From: a virus
Taxonomy: Duplodnaviria > Caudoviricetes
DNA: 64,000 nt
Virus record (IMG/VR): IMGVR_UViG_3300035501_000578
Location: 47,956 to 111,955 of that record
Strand: one strand, 5' to 3'
In this document: in pieces, positions 1 through 10,757 of the stretch
Numbering within the stretch: the first letter of the stretch is position 1
Layout of the letters: each line of letters begins with the position of its first letter
Translations under genes and position numbers: made by a program
Notes under the pieces: model-generated
Database searches by the model: none
Seen by the model: only the letters and a program-made list of their open reading frames with translations
Told to the model about the DNA's origin: nothing

Positions 1-1059
1 AGCAGAAGAATAGTTATCTGTAATTTCAGTGTCGGAATTGTCATAGATTTTTGCCGTAAGAGTTTTGTAGCTTCCGGCGATTTTGATTGTTGAAGTAGAT
101 GCTGTGATTTTGGAGTAATTGGTTGTGATTGGAATGGTAGAATCGGATGGATTTGTTGGTGTGAGAGATGAATCAGTGATATAATAATCGGCGTACATTT
201 CGCCAGTTTCAAGATTAACATAATCAGTATATTCTGAAAACACATCTTGATAAAATGTAAGCTTCTGAATCCCAAGAGGGGAAGAGTTTTCAACCTTGCT
301 AATAGTCCATGCTGTCGGGTGCTCGGTTAAAGAACCGAGTAACACACGCATATTATTATTAGATTCACCTTTATACCAAATCTTTTCTGTTATTGAATTA
401 AGTGGCAACCAACCTTTATCCTGATTCTCTACTGTGGTCGTACTATATGAAGTCCATAAGCCACTGTTGTAGCTGCTCTGCGAGCGTAAAACACACCACA
501 TTTTTCGTTTAATCCGTTCCTGCCCATTATCTTCAATCCACATCAGATTGTAGTTAATCGGTAAGATTAAATACTTAGGAAATTGGTTTGCAATCTCCTT
601 GCTTATAATCATCCACTTACGATAAATTCCTCTATCATCAGGTATATCTACGTACAATCCTGCAAAATCATTATTGCCATATTTCCGTCTATAATCAGTT
701 TCAAAATAATAAAGTTCGTCACCCTCATTAAATTCAGTCTTTTGAGAAGGACGAAATTGCAAGTAATATTCTACTTGGTCTTTATCTATGGACTGGTAAC
801 TTTTGATTATGAATTTTGCATCAATACGAGTTTTAGTTGTATTCTCGTAGGTCATATGATCTTTAAGTTGGAGCTGATCATCGTGAAAATAATCGTAGAT
901 GTAACAGACTTTTGATTGCGGATCTCTGTCAAAAGTATATTCCATCAACATATCCGAATCACTTTTCAATTTCTCACCCAAAGTAGGATAATTCCTACCA
1001 GTAGAATTAGTATTTACTGTACTGCCAATTTTTCGTTGATAAAAATCGAAAGCCGACAT
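1..1059 (-). CDS. Virion neck/head-completion-region protein, 3' end runs off window
   Basis: Open frame from ATG at 1059 (MSAFDFYQRKLAVQ...) to base 1 with no stop; missing from the ORF track because truncated; lies downstream of head genes. Confidence 0.6.
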   Translation of the reverse strand, partial: MSAFDFYQRKIGSTVNTNSTGRNYPTLGEKLKSDSDMLMEYTFDRDPQSKVCYIYDYFHDDQLQLKDHMTYENTTKTRIDAKFIIKSYQSIDKDQVEYYLQFRPSQKTEFNEGDELYYFETDYRRKYGNNDFAGLYVDIPDDRGIYRKWMIISKEIANQFPKYLILPINYNLMWIEDNGQERIKRKMWCVLRSQSSYNSGLWTSYSTTTVENQDKGWLPLNSITEKIWYKGESNNNMRVLLGSLTEHPTAWTISKVENSSPLGIQKLTFYQDVFSEYTDYVNLETGEMYADYYITDSSLTPTNPSDSTIPITTNYSKITASTSTIKIAGSYKTLTAKIYDNSDTEITDNYSSA

Positions 1060-1060
1060 A

Positions 1061-1405
1061 TTAATCACCAACTTTCAATCGCTGCATTAAAGCACCGGCA
1101 TCAAAAACCAACTTCTTATATCTTCCAAAATCAAAATCATCTGACTTCAAAATAACCAAAGCTGATTCCAAAGTGTTTATAATTTCTACAAAATCCTTGG
1201 GATATAAGAGTAATTCATTGTAACTTGAAATTTCTAACAAAAGATTCTCGTGATATTTAACCACATCAATATTTTCAAAATCTTCTTTTGTATTTTCATC
1301 TGTATACAAAACTAGCCAAAATATTTTCTTACGCAATTTGTTCTGATAATAATCAGTTTGTTCCGGCTTAAATTCGCCGTATTTATGTAACACCATTTTA
1401 TCCAT
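1061..1405 (-). CDS. Hypothetical virion-module protein (114 aa)
   Basis: ORF translationally coupled to upstream gene in head operon. Confidence 0.6.
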   Translation of the reverse strand: MDKMVLHKYGEFKPEQTDYYQNKLRKKIFWLVLYTDENTKEDFENIDVVKYHENLLLEISSYNELLLYPKDFVEIINTLESALVILKSDDFDFGRYKKLVFDAGALMQRLKVGD

Positions 1406-1857
1406 CAGCTTTCACCATAACTTCCAAAATGGTATGAATGCCTTGTCAGTTCCCTTTCAAATTCAGTTTGAAGATTATGAAGTCTTTCCATATTCTGATT
1501 ATAATTTCCAAGAAGTTTCTTTTCTTCCTTACCGCCTATCATTACCGCCAAATTAGCAGTATTTTCAAGTTTAGATGGAAAGTAATTAAGAATAACACCC
1601 TTTGCTAAAATAGAAGTGACAAAATCAGAATCATAATTATCATCAACACTATTTGTTAATGTAAATGTAACCTGCATAATTTCATCATCTAATTCAAAAC
1701 TGGAAAATTTGCTCCTGAATATAATAGAAGAGTAGGCTGAGTGTAACCACTCTTTCATACTCTCATAAAAATCATCTTGCGTATATTGTACTAGTTCTAA
1801 GTCATTGATACGAACCAATGCCCGTTTATATATTTGATCGTATGATATAGAAGGCAT
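1405..1857 (-). CDS. Putative head-tail adaptor protein
   Basis: 150-aa helical ORF with GGAGGT RBS, two genes after the capsid gene; assignment by synteny. Confidence 0.5.
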   Translation of the reverse strand: MPSISYDQIYKRALVRINDLELVQYTQDDFYESMKEWLHSAYSSIIFRSKFSSFELDDEIMQVTFTLTNSVDDNYDSDFVTSILAKGVILNYFPSKLENTANLAVMIGGKEEKKLLGNYNQNMERLHNLQTEFERELTRHSYHFGSYGES

Positions 1858-1876
1858 AATTGGATACCTCCTTTAT

Positions 1877-2545
1877 TTATAAGAAATCCTTGATACAAGT
1901 ACCAACAATATCATCAATTAATTTAATCTTATTTAGTGATGGATAATTCTCATTTCTAATCATTGCTACAGCGGTAGTCTTGATAATTTCAACAATCCAA
2001 GCTGGAGCGTTTTTTAAAATGTCAGCAAATTCATTATCTGATTTATCAAAATATTCCTCTGGATAATCTACGTGATCAAAATACTTATATACATCACCAA
2101 GTTCACGACTCCACTGACTTCTTAAATCATCATCCATAATAATAATATTAGGTTTCATAACATAATCGGTTCTTCTAAGAGCCTGTAAATCACGATATTT
2201 CACGTAATCAATATCTCCAAAGTATTCCCAATGATAAACGGTGTTCTTATCAACACCAACGGCTGTTAATTTCCACGGTGTAACACTCTTACACATAATT
2301 TCATCTTCTGGTTTAAATACTTTTGTAGATTTATTGACAGTAAGTGTATCTGACTTGATGTCTGCCTGAACTTCACTAGAAACTGTTTCAATTTTTGTTG
2401 GTTTCATATCAGAACGAGCTAATTCGATCATTTCATCTGTAGCAGTCTGCATATGGCTAGATACAGAATATCCATGATCTTTTAAGAAAGAAATTAGTTC
2501 TTTATTGGTAACACCTAATTCCTTTGATAACTCTAAAATTTTCAT
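1877..2545 (-). CDS. Protein with N-terminal IF2_N-like (initiation factor 2 N-terminal) domain
   Basis: MKILELSKELGVTNKELISFLKDHGYSVSSHMQT matches the IF2 N-terminal pattern (ELAKELG..SKEL...L...G..VKSH.S). Confidence 0.65.
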   Translation of the reverse strand: MKILELSKELGVTNKELISFLKDHGYSVSSHMQTATDEMIELARSDMKPTKIETVSSEVQADIKSDTLTVNKSTKVFKPEDEIMCKSVTPWKLTAVGVDKNTVYHWEYFGDIDYVKYRDLQALRRTDYVMKPNIIIMDDDLRSQWSRELGDVYKYFDHVDYPEEYFDKSDNEFADILKNAPAWIVEIIKTTAVAMIRNENYPSLNKIKLIDDIVGTCIKDFL

Positions 2546-2565
2546 TCCATTTTTCTCCTTTAATC

Positions 2566-2596
2566 ATAAAAAGGAGAGTAGAATTAACTACTCTCC
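2566..2596 (-). terminator. Intrinsic terminator after major capsid gene
   Basis: GGAGAGTAG-ttaatt-CTACTCTCC followed by TTTTT on the minus strand. Confidence 0.75.
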
Positions 2597-2614
2597 AAAA
2601 TTTATCAGCTAAAA

Positions 2615-3296
2615 TTATTTCATCTTAATTTCGCCAAATACTTCGTTGATAACAACACCGATACCTTCCTGATATGCAAGTTCTGCATCAACGGTCATAT
2701 CCTTCTTTAGACCATCCATACCTGTCTCGTAGTAAATAACGTCTCCCTCATTTACTCTTTTAATTGGAGGTCTATCAGGATTAATTGGCATTACAAAAAT
2801 CTTCTTGTTATCATCTGCTGAGAATACGCTTTCTCTTGTACCAGCCTTATTAACACGGCTAAGAGCAAGGCAGTCATATCCTTCCCAAGAGCCAAGAAGA
2901 CCATTCTGATGTCTTTCATCCTTCATTGCATCAGAGAACATATTATAGTTTACAGTATTCTGAAGCTTCTGAATTGCGGTACGAGTACCAACAAGTAATA
3001 CATCTTTACCAGTTGCGGCTTTAACAGCTTCAATATGCTCGATAATGTCATCCTTTGTAGCTTCTGAAACGGCTGTTTCAAGAACCATATCAGTAGGGAG
3101 AGATTCATCCATAGACATCCAAGCTGTAAAGAGTGCACCATATCTGTACTGCTCAATAGCAGTGTACATCTTGTCAACTAATCCTGCAAAATCAACCTTA
3201 CCTGTCTGGAACAGAGTAAAGTCGGTATATACTTTAATAGTATACCAAGAAGTCTCGATAGAGAATGACTTACCTGGCTTTACGGACTGTCTTACA
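2615..3296 (-). CDS. Major capsid protein, exon 2
   Basis: Frame continues upstream of the tracked ORF (VRQSVKPGKSFSIETSWYTIKVY...); joins exon 1 in frame to give 366 aa; highly-expressed codon bias. Confidence 0.85.
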
Positions 3297-4460
3297 CTTT
3301 AATGTTTAACTTATATTATTCCCCAATATTTAAAAATTTCCAATGATAGCCACCACATGTCTTGCGTTCACCACGGCATACTTTTAATATACCAGAACTG
3401 TCTAAGGATAAATCTTTACTTGCTTCAGTGGCATCATTAAATTGTTTATTTAATTCCAAACAAAACACAGGAGTAGTATTCCTTCTAAATGAACGTATAC
3501 CTTTACTATGTTCACTCATCTTTTTCTTTGATTCTTCGGTATGATGTCTTCCATACATACCATTGTTTTTACCAATTATTTTTTCTTTTATTTCTGGATT
3601 TGTCCATTGATTTAATGCATCAATTCGTCTGACTTCTTTTAAATTTGAATGGCAATAAGATTCTTTAATAGAATTACTAAGCTTTTTTCTTGACTCTTTG
3701 GATAGTGTATTTTTTATAAATTGACCACCTGATTTTAAATTATAACCGCAATCTCTATCCAAAGTATTATATAGTTCTATATAATAAATTTCCCTCTGAT
3801 CAAGTTCGTTTATTTCGCAAGTGTCTAATATATAAAAACTAAAACTATCTTCACCATATTTATTCCAAGCTTTTTGTAAATAATCATTATCATGATTTCC
3901 GTGATTTAATTCACCTTTATGTCTTCTCCATCTATCATAAATATTTTTAGATTGACCAATATATTTTTTGTTTGTTACGGTATTTTCAATGCAATAAATT
4001 CCAGAAATTATTTCATTTTGCATTTACTCATCTCATTTCTGTTATTATTTTGGGAAATAATTTTATAGGGTCGCTACGCCCTGTTGAGTTTAATTGTCCA
4101 GATTAAACTCCACTTACTTTCATAAGTAGAACAGACTATATCATCATCCAATAAAGGATGTGTACCATTTCCATTTAAGGGGGTTTCACCCACTCACTTG
4201 AGCCGTACTTCTATTGCAGATTTCTCTGCCGATGGAATAGTCGTTGAGCCTTACCTTTCGGTCTTGGTTGCTGATTGCCCATTAAAAAAGAACAGGGGAT
4301 TTAACCTCGTTCTCATACAAATAATTTTTTCTGCTTTCGCCACATTCACGTTTATACCATTTAAGGTATTGCGTTGTAGTTTATTTGCCTTTAGGGTTTT
4401 CCAGCAGTTAGATACATATTTTTTCATACAGCTTACGCTATACGGATACTGTAAGAGTCA
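3297..4460 (-). ncRNA. Group I self-splicing intron (1164 nt) in major capsid gene
   Basis: P (AACUGCUGGAAAACCC), Q (GCAAUCAGCAACC), R (CUCAACGACUA) and S (GAUGAUAUAGUCUG) elements; P1 exon GAUAU/IGS GUAUC with U.G; P10 UCUUACA/UGUAAGA; terminal G. Confidence 0.92.
3316..4023 (-). CDS. Intron-encoded GIY-YIG homing endonuclease with NUMOD3/NUMOD1 domains
   Basis: GIYCIEN...KYIGQS motif, YNLKSGG, GRHHTEESKKKMSE (NUMOD3), C-terminal HTH; located 3' of the S element. Confidence 0.92.
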   Translation of the reverse strand: MQNEIISGIYCIENTVTNKKYIGQSKNIYDRWRRHKGELNHGNHDNDYLQKAWNKYGEDSFSFYILDTCEINELDQREIYYIELYNTLDRDCGYNLKSGGQFIKNTLSKESRKKLSNSIKESYCHSNLKEVRRIDALNQWTNPEIKEKIIGKNNGMYGRHHTEESKKKMSEHSKGIRSFRRNTTPVFCLELNKQFNDATEASKDLSLDSSGILKVCRGERKTCGGYHWKFLNIGE

Positions 4461-4879
4461 ATATCATGGTGGTTTCCAGCGAATCTGGATACAGTAAGAA
4501 GAGAATTATCATCAACGAAAAACTCATTTGCATCGCCATCGTTGATGTTGATTTCCTCAACATACTCCATAAATCTTGCATTTGCACTAGACCAGCCAGA
4601 GTTCATTTTATCTACGATTACATCCTCAATAAGAGTTGCAATTTCCTTATTATGATCTCTCCAAGCCTGTCTACGCTGCATCTTAGTTGCGGTCTTAAAA
4701 TTAATACCTAATACTTTATCAAACTGATTTCTAAGAATAGTCTGAGTATCTTCTTTAGAATACTTTTCATATACTCTATTGCTTGCATCTAACATAAGTG
4801 AGTTAAACTCAAGCATATTTTCATATTTGTTATCAAACTGTGCTACAGTATTTGCAGCAAAACATGTAATATCTCTCAT
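4461..4879 (-). CDS. Major capsid protein, exon 1
   Basis: 419 nt ending ...GNHHD-AT at the predicted 5' splice site; strong RBS; follows protease/scaffold and a capsid-associated gene. Confidence 0.85.
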
Positions 4880-4898
4880 TTATTTATTCCTCCTTCCT

Positions 4899-5474
4899 TT
4901 ACGCAATCTGCTTATTCTGTACTACTTCAATACGAACAAGTGTGTAATAAGTTCCAACAGCAAAACTATGAATCTTACCGATAAATCCATAAGTAGAAGC
5001 TTCTGGCTTTTCAGCCTGTGCTACCCATGCACCGTTGCCATCGACAACTACATAAGCACCAACTTTTACAGCATCAGTAGAATCATCTGTAAACTGATAA
5101 GAAGCGATTGCAAAGATATCTTTATGAACATCTACGTCCTGAATCTGATAAGCCTTTACTGGCTTACCAGCAGCATTTGTGTAGTTATATGCCTGTTTCT
5201 GTTCTGTAGTAAGTGCCGTCTTAACATCAGCAGGAGCACCAGTGACAGCAATCTTGTCACCTACACCAGCGATAGTTGCATAAACTTCCTGAAGACCATT
5301 ACCTGTACTTTCACCGATCTTCAAAGCTACACCGTTATCTACTTCGATCTCATTTTCATTTTCATCACGCACAATTGCGTCGTATAAATTTCCGATATCA
5401 GTCGAAGCGAGGCGGCTGCTCTCGAATAATCCATGCAAATTCAAAGATTTGCCTTTTAGATTGGTATATACCAT
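4899..5474 (-). CDS. Putative capsid decoration/stabilising protein
   Basis: 191-aa beta-rich ORF directly before the MCP gene, same codon bias. Confidence 0.55.
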   Translation of the reverse strand: MVYTNLKGKSLNLHGLFESSRLASTDIGNLYDAIVRDENENEIEVDNGVALKIGESTGNGLQEVYATIAGVGDKIAVTGAPADVKTALTTEQKQAYNYTNAAGKPVKAYQIQDVDVHKDIFAIASYQFTDDSTDAVKVGAYVVVDGNGAWVAQAEKPEASTYGFIGKIHSFAVGTYYTLVRIEVVQNKQIA

Positions 5475-5537
5475 AATTTTTTCCTCCTTAAATTTTTAAT
5501 ACAATAAAAAAGACCATTCAATTAAGAATGATCAGAT

Positions 5538-6902
5538 TCAAATAACTTTTTCTAATCTTGTCCAAGTGAGACGTGTTCCGTCTGACAGCGTTCCTGCGAA
5601 TTTCCTATTTTCATCTCGAAAATAATTACTGATATTTCCATGATATTTGTTTTGAGCTTCTTTGAAATTGTGAAATATTTCCCCTGTTTCATTACACATT
5701 ACCAAAGTATTGCGTGGATGATTATATGTTTTAAGCATATGCTGAAAATTTAATTGTTTAATATCTTCAATAGACTCATTAATTACATGATTTTTTGAAG
5801 CCATATATAAATATCTTCGTATTGTAGTATCGGACAATTTAAGTTTATCTTGTAACTCGACAATACTTTTTACTCCATTATTCCATTCATTACAAATACG
5901 TTTAATTAATGGAGTATTAGCTTCAAGCAAACAATTATCCCAATCAACATTTTCTATGTCAATTATTTTTGATAATTCTGAATTAACAATATTTTTCTTG
6001 ATATATTCTTCTCTATTATCAAAATTATAATTACAATCAATTCGTATCATGACATATCCATGTTTTTCAGCTTCAATAGTTTTGAATTTATCTCTAGCTT
6101 TTGTTTCTTTTAATGTCATTCCAGATAAGTTATTATCAAAATAATGCCATCCACCATCCATTTCAATAATATAATATTTATCATTTATTACAATTTGAAA
6201 ATCATATTTATATGGTTTGATCCAGTCCGGTGAAAATTGAAAATTATATTCAATATTTAACTGAGATAAAATACTAGACATTAATCTTTCTGGGAAACTT
6301 ATTCCTGTTCCGCATTTACTACAAGACAATCCATAATTTGCAACATAATAAATTGGAGCATAAATTTCTTCACCACAATCAGGACAAATAAAATACGTTT
6401 TTTCATGACTTAATTCTTTGTATTTATGTCCATCTTTTTTATCTTTTAATAAATTATATAATTTTTTGTTTGTTGCATAAATATCATTAACATACGGAAT
6501 ACAATGATGATTCATTTTTGAATAACATACTGGACAATTGCATTGTTTTCTTCCAAAAGCATTGCTAGGAATAATAGTAAATTCGCATCCACAATTATGT
6601 TTTATTTCTACTGGTGTACGATTGTTTAAGTAATTACCTATCACTTCATAATCATTACCAAATTCATCATAAAAACGTTCTTCGAATTGTTCTTGTGATA
6701 ATTTTATTCCACCATAACAAATACAACAATTAATTCCATTCAAAATATTTTTTGCAGCTTGATTGCAAATGTGCCCACACTTATTATGTTTAAGCATTAT
6801 TTTATTTGTACATCCAGTATATCTACCAAGTATTGTATATTTATTTGGAAATTTCGTTTCTACTTCTTGAACAAATTCTTCATGCGTCTTATTTTTACCC
6901 AT
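5538..6902 (-). CDS. Free-standing Zn-ribbon plus Vsr/PD-(D/E)XK-like homing-type endonuclease
   Basis: Repeated H/CxxC modules, SFPER...YKYDF...IIEMDGGWH nuclease motif, C-terminal NUMOD1-like region. Confidence 0.7.
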   Translation of the reverse strand: MGKNKTHEEFVQEVETKFPNKYTILGRYTGCTNKIMLKHNKCGHICNQAAKNILNGINCCICYGGIKLSQEQFEERFYDEFGNDYEVIGNYLNNRTPVEIKHNCGCEFTIIPSNAFGRKQCNCPVCYSKMNHHCIPYVNDIYATNKKLYNLLKDKKDGHKYKELSHEKTYFICPDCGEEIYAPIYYVANYGLSCSKCGTGISFPERLMSSILSQLNIEYNFQFSPDWIKPYKYDFQIVINDKYYIIEMDGGWHYFDNNLSGMTLKETKARDKFKTIEAEKHGYVMIRIDCNYNFDNREEYIKKNIVNSELSKIIDIENVDWDNCLLEANTPLIKRICNEWNNGVKSIVELQDKLKLSDTTIRRYLYMASKNHVINESIEDIKQLNFQHMLKTYNHPRNTLVMCNETGEIFHNFKEAQNKYHGNISNYFRDENRKFAGTLSDGTRLTWTRLEKVI

Positions 6903-6934
6903 AATCCTTACCTCCTTACAATTAAAAATCCCAA

Positions 6935-7168
6935 CTATTTTGAATAGTTAGGATTTTCACGATTCATAACATATTTATTTTTTGTTTTTGGTCTTTGATT
7001 AAGATAATCTAAAAGTTCATCGCAATATAGGAACATCCAATATTCTCTATTTGTTGATGGATTAATACCTTTTGCAATATATCTTAAATGTACTTTCTCC
7101 ATTAGCTCTTTCTTTAGAGTAGGAGAGTAGCAATAAAAAACCTCGCTCATAAATATTCCTCTTTTCAA
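6935..7168 (-). CDS. Small hypothetical protein (DUF5659-like)
   Basis: FYCYSPTLK...YWMF pattern typical of small phage proteins in this module. Confidence 0.45.
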   Translation of the reverse strand: MKRGIFMSEVFYCYSPTLKKELMEKVHLRYIAKGINPSTNREYWMFLYCDELLDYLNQRPKTKNKYVMNRENPNYSK

Positions 7169-7184
7169 TTAAATTTTTAATAAA

Positions 7185-8939
7185 TTACTTCTTTAACAAT
7201 CCATCTAAAAATGATGTTGTCTGCTCATTTCTGCTAAAAGCAAGGAATGACTGAGCCTTTGGTTTTTCTGTTTTAGTATCATCAGTTTTTGCAAATGTCT
7301 TAGTTGTTCTGTTTAACTTACCAAGAGCTGCGTCAGCCTTTTCAACCAATTCATCTTTAGTAAACTGTTTTAATGTTTCTTTTGCCATAAGAGACTTAAA
7401 TTCTTTTGTTTCAAGATATTCTGCATATGCATCATCAGAGAATACAGTCATCTTATCATCTAATTTCTCTGCTTCCTCATATTTTGCTAATTTCTCAGAA
7501 ATAGCAGAGTAATTAGAACGCATAGAATCAAGTTCTTCTTTTTCAGAAGCATTGACAAATTCTGCAAAAACTTCTTCACGTTCTCCATCAAATGCTACGT
7601 TATCATTATCAACAGTAAATTTCTGCTTGAAATAATTTCCAAGATAAGACTGATAAATGAAATAATTATCATATGTTGATACAATCCAATAGCAGTCATT
7701 TAATGTTTCTTCTAATGGAGCAAGTAAGGTATAAAGAATACCTCTTAAATCTTCATGTGAAACAGAAAATGTTTTTGTAAAAGTAGTAGTATCATTTAAT
7801 GAATGATCTTCTTTGTCTTTATCATCATTACAGCTATTATCTTCTTTTACGATAGTATCATCGTTTGTTTCGTCATCAGTTTCAGAATCATCATCTGTGT
7901 CGTTGTCTGCATCACTAGAACCTTCATCTGTTACAGTATCATCTTCCGGATCATCTTTCGCATCGTCCGTATTATCTTCGAATAACTCCGCAAATTTTAC
8001 TTGAAGTTCTTCGTCAGACATACTTTCATAATCAAATGTGATATCTTCAACTGTTTTGTTATATTTTTCTAATAGAGATTTAAACATTACTTTGTCGTTT
8101 CCTCCTTTCTCTTGTTCATTATCTAGTTGACTTTGTGAATTTATATTGAAATTAGATAGAGTAGTCAAAGTTATATTTAACTTATCTAATGTTTCAATTA
8201 ATTTAGATTGTTCTATTTCTGAAAAATCAGAAAATAATGAATTGTTTTCTTGAGAAAAGTCTTTAAGTGTTAGACGACTTCCAGCCATACCAGGTGCATA
8301 ATTAGCTCCTAATAAAGTGCAGCCTTGCACGTAAAAGTCATCAAGATATAAGACATGCTCTGTTGCATTCCAGTGCATTTTTCTAATACACAATTCTACC
8401 GAACAGTCAACAGTCTGTCTCCTACGCAATATTTCGCAGGTATCAGTATATTCTTCATAGATTACAATATCAGAAACAACGAAATTTCTTTCATATTCTT
8501 CGTCATATTCTGTGTGTATATTTTCAGGATTTACAAAATGACCAACTGGTAATTCCTTGTAAACAAACTTATCAAGTTCTTCATTATATTCCATTGTATG
8601 ACCAGAAAAATCTTTAATAGGATTTCCGTCTTCGTCAACTTGGTCTGTCTCAATAATATCAGCCATAATAGGTCTGTCTTTGAGAGACATCATTTTTTCT
8701 TCTAATATATCTGTTTCAATATGACTTTTGTTATTATTGGTTAAATCGTGGAATGCACGAATTTTTCCATATAATAAACCCTCAGATAAACCATCGGACA
8801 ATTCAAATTTTGCATCAGTTTGTACGGCAATAGTGTATCCTGATTTTTCTTCACTAAATGTCAATGAATTCTTTTTAGAACTATAAAAATTATATAAGTC
8901 ATTTATTGTCAATAACTTTTTTTGCTTTTGTCTCGGCAT
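7185..8939 (-). CDS. Prohead protease-scaffold fusion
   Basis: H..N.N.S motif, SVEL, G.TLLG...PGM protease motifs; acidic linker; coiled-coil C-terminus; between portal and MCP. Confidence 0.75.
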   Translation of the reverse strand: MPRQKQKKLLTINDLYNFYSSKKNSLTFSEEKSGYTIAVQTDAKFELSDGLSEGLLYGKIRAFHDLTNNNKSHIETDILEEKMMSLKDRPIMADIIETDQVDEDGNPIKDFSGHTMEYNEELDKFVYKELPVGHFVNPENIHTEYDEEYERNFVVSDIVIYEEYTDTCEILRRRQTVDCSVELCIRKMHWNATEHVLYLDDFYVQGCTLLGANYAPGMAGSRLTLKDFSQENNSLFSDFSEIEQSKLIETLDKLNITLTTLSNFNINSQSQLDNEQEKGGNDKVMFKSLLEKYNKTVEDITFDYESMSDEELQVKFAELFEDNTDDAKDDPEDDTVTDEGSSDADNDTDDDSETDDETNDDTIVKEDNSCNDDKDKEDHSLNDTTTFTKTFSVSHEDLRGILYTLLAPLEETLNDCYWIVSTYDNYFIYQSYLGNYFKQKFTVDNDNVAFDGEREEVFAEFVNASEKEELDSMRSNYSAISEKLAKYEEAEKLDDKMTVFSDDAYAEYLETKEFKSLMAKETLKQFTKDELVEKADAALGKLNRTTKTFAKTDDTKTEKPKAQSFLAFSRNEQTTSFLDGLLKK

Positions 8940-8994
8940 TTCTTTCCTCCTTCCTTTAGTTTTTGTATATAAATAAAACTCCTAGTGGAAGGAG

Positions 8995-9183
8995 TTAAAT
9001 ACATAATATATTGCTATATTTGATTTTTGATTGGTCTATATCATTGGAAAATTGTAATTTGTTATTATTGATAAATGTTATCCAATCATTTGAATTATCC
9101 ACTTGCTGAAATCCTAATTTAGATAGGGTAGTAGCAGTAGAAGTATCTTTTGTTTTTAAAAACTTTTGTTTTTTATTATCCAT
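8995..9183 (-). CDS. Small hypothetical protein
   Basis: 62-aa ORF coupled to portal stop. Confidence 0.5.
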   Translation of the reverse strand: MDNKKQKFLKTKDTSTATTLSKLGFQQVDNSNDWITFINNNKLQFSNDIDQSKIKYSNILCI

Positions 9184-10730
9184 TACTTATTTCCCTTATC
9201 TTCATTTTTCCCTGCATTTCTCGTAGACTGTCCTTCTTTAGACAACTCATCTTCTGAAACCTCTGGTCTACCACCTTCGCTAGACTGTGTATAAGTAGAA
9301 GCAAATGGAATGGCATAATCATTTAAATTAAGAGCAAGTGCATCGAATCTCAATTTATTATAAGCTACATATGGGGTATCACCCAATGCACACATATAAT
9401 CCATTTTCCCAATACCAAACGCACAAGCATTTTTCTTTTCATCAATAAAATCCTGTCTATTGAACTGAGTTTGATCAAATATTTGTAAATATAATCCATC
9501 AGTAATATTATTCTTAATCCAATAGTTTAACCATGATTCAATTCGTCTTACATAAATTGAGATTTTGCCAAGATCGTTGGCATTAGAATATTTAATACCA
9601 TTTGCGTTGCTTGAATCTCCGGAACTTACAATAAGCTTATTAATACCAGCATTAGCAAATAGATTATTCATTGCTTTATTTAATGAATCTGTATCAGCAG
9701 TTGATGTGCTACTTTCGAAATCTATTACGGTTGTGTCTTCATACGGAATCGTTCCAACTCCAACTAGGTCAGGGACAATTTCATTAAGAATTGCATCAAA
9801 CTGATTTACTAATTCAAGAGATATTGCAAAGTCATCTACATTGTCACTATTCTTCAAAAGTGGAATCTTATTAAGAATCAACTTATAATTCTGCAATTCC
9901 TCTTTTGCAACCACTAAGTTCTCAGTGTCTAATAAATTCAAAAGGCTTTTAAATATTGGCAAGAAATAGGGCAGTGGCATATAAAATTCATCATCTGTAC
10001 TTGCAATTAAACACAGTGTTTTTTCAGGTGGTAGTCTAAACCATTCATAATCCCTACCATTATTTTTATATGTTTCATATCCGTCTATGAATGGATCTTT
10101 TTCCCATGTTCCAACACCATCATTATTAACACCATAGATGAAATCCGTATTGTTAGATTTATCAAAATATGCAGCGTCAAAATATACAATCCATTCGCCC
10201 TCTTTAGTTTTGCCATATATACGGCAATATTGCACATCTAATGGCATTAGGAACATTCCTTCATTATCACTATACTGCATCCATCCAACATATATACCGT
10301 CTCTAATGGTGTTAGCAATTACGTTTTGTAATTCTTTTGCCATCTTGAAATTATGAAATGCTTTTAGTACCTTTTCATAATTTTTAAGCTGTTTTTGTGG
10401 ATCATAATCTTTAGTATAATCTGCAAGCGGAGTGATGTTATATGTATAAAGTGGCATCGTACTGAAATAAGAAATCATCTGCTTATAAAGCATTGATACT
10501 CTTGTCAAGAAACGAGATACTTCACGAATATTATCAAGGTTGGTCAGCGGAGATTGTGCATATGTATCAAGTAAATCTCTTGTATATTGTGTAAATGTTT
10601 TAGAAACTGTTTTTGAAACATTGCGCTGTAACAATTCCTGTATTTTTTCAAAACTGATTTTCTGTGCTTTTTTTCGTTCTACAGTATAATCAGATTCATT
10701 TGATTTTGTTATAATTTTTCGTTCATTCAT
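9183..10730 (-). CDS. Portal protein
   Basis: 515 aa directly after TerL; C-terminal STYTQS..GGRP tail typical of SPbeta-like portals. Confidence 0.8.
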   Translation of the reverse strand: MNERKIITKSNESDYTVERKKAQKISFEKIQELLQRNVSKTVSKTFTQYTRDLLDTYAQSPLTNLDNIREVSRFLTRVSMLYKQMISYFSTMPLYTYNITPLADYTKDYDPQKQLKNYEKVLKAFHNFKMAKELQNVIANTIRDGIYVGWMQYSDNEGMFLMPLDVQYCRIYGKTKEGEWIVYFDAAYFDKSNNTDFIYGVNNDGVGTWEKDPFIDGYETYKNNGRDYEWFRLPPEKTLCLIASTDDEFYMPLPYFLPIFKSLLNLLDTENLVVAKEELQNYKLILNKIPLLKNSDNVDDFAISLELVNQFDAILNEIVPDLVGVGTIPYEDTTVIDFESSTSTADTDSLNKAMNNLFANAGINKLIVSSGDSSNANGIKYSNANDLGKISIYVRRIESWLNYWIKNNITDGLYLQIFDQTQFNRQDFIDEKKNACAFGIGKMDYMCALGDTPYVAYNKLRFDALALNLNDYAIPFASTYTQSSEGGRPEVSEDELSKEGQSTRNAGKNEDKGNK

Positions 10731-10757
10731 TACTTAGTGATGTGTACCTCCTTTCTT

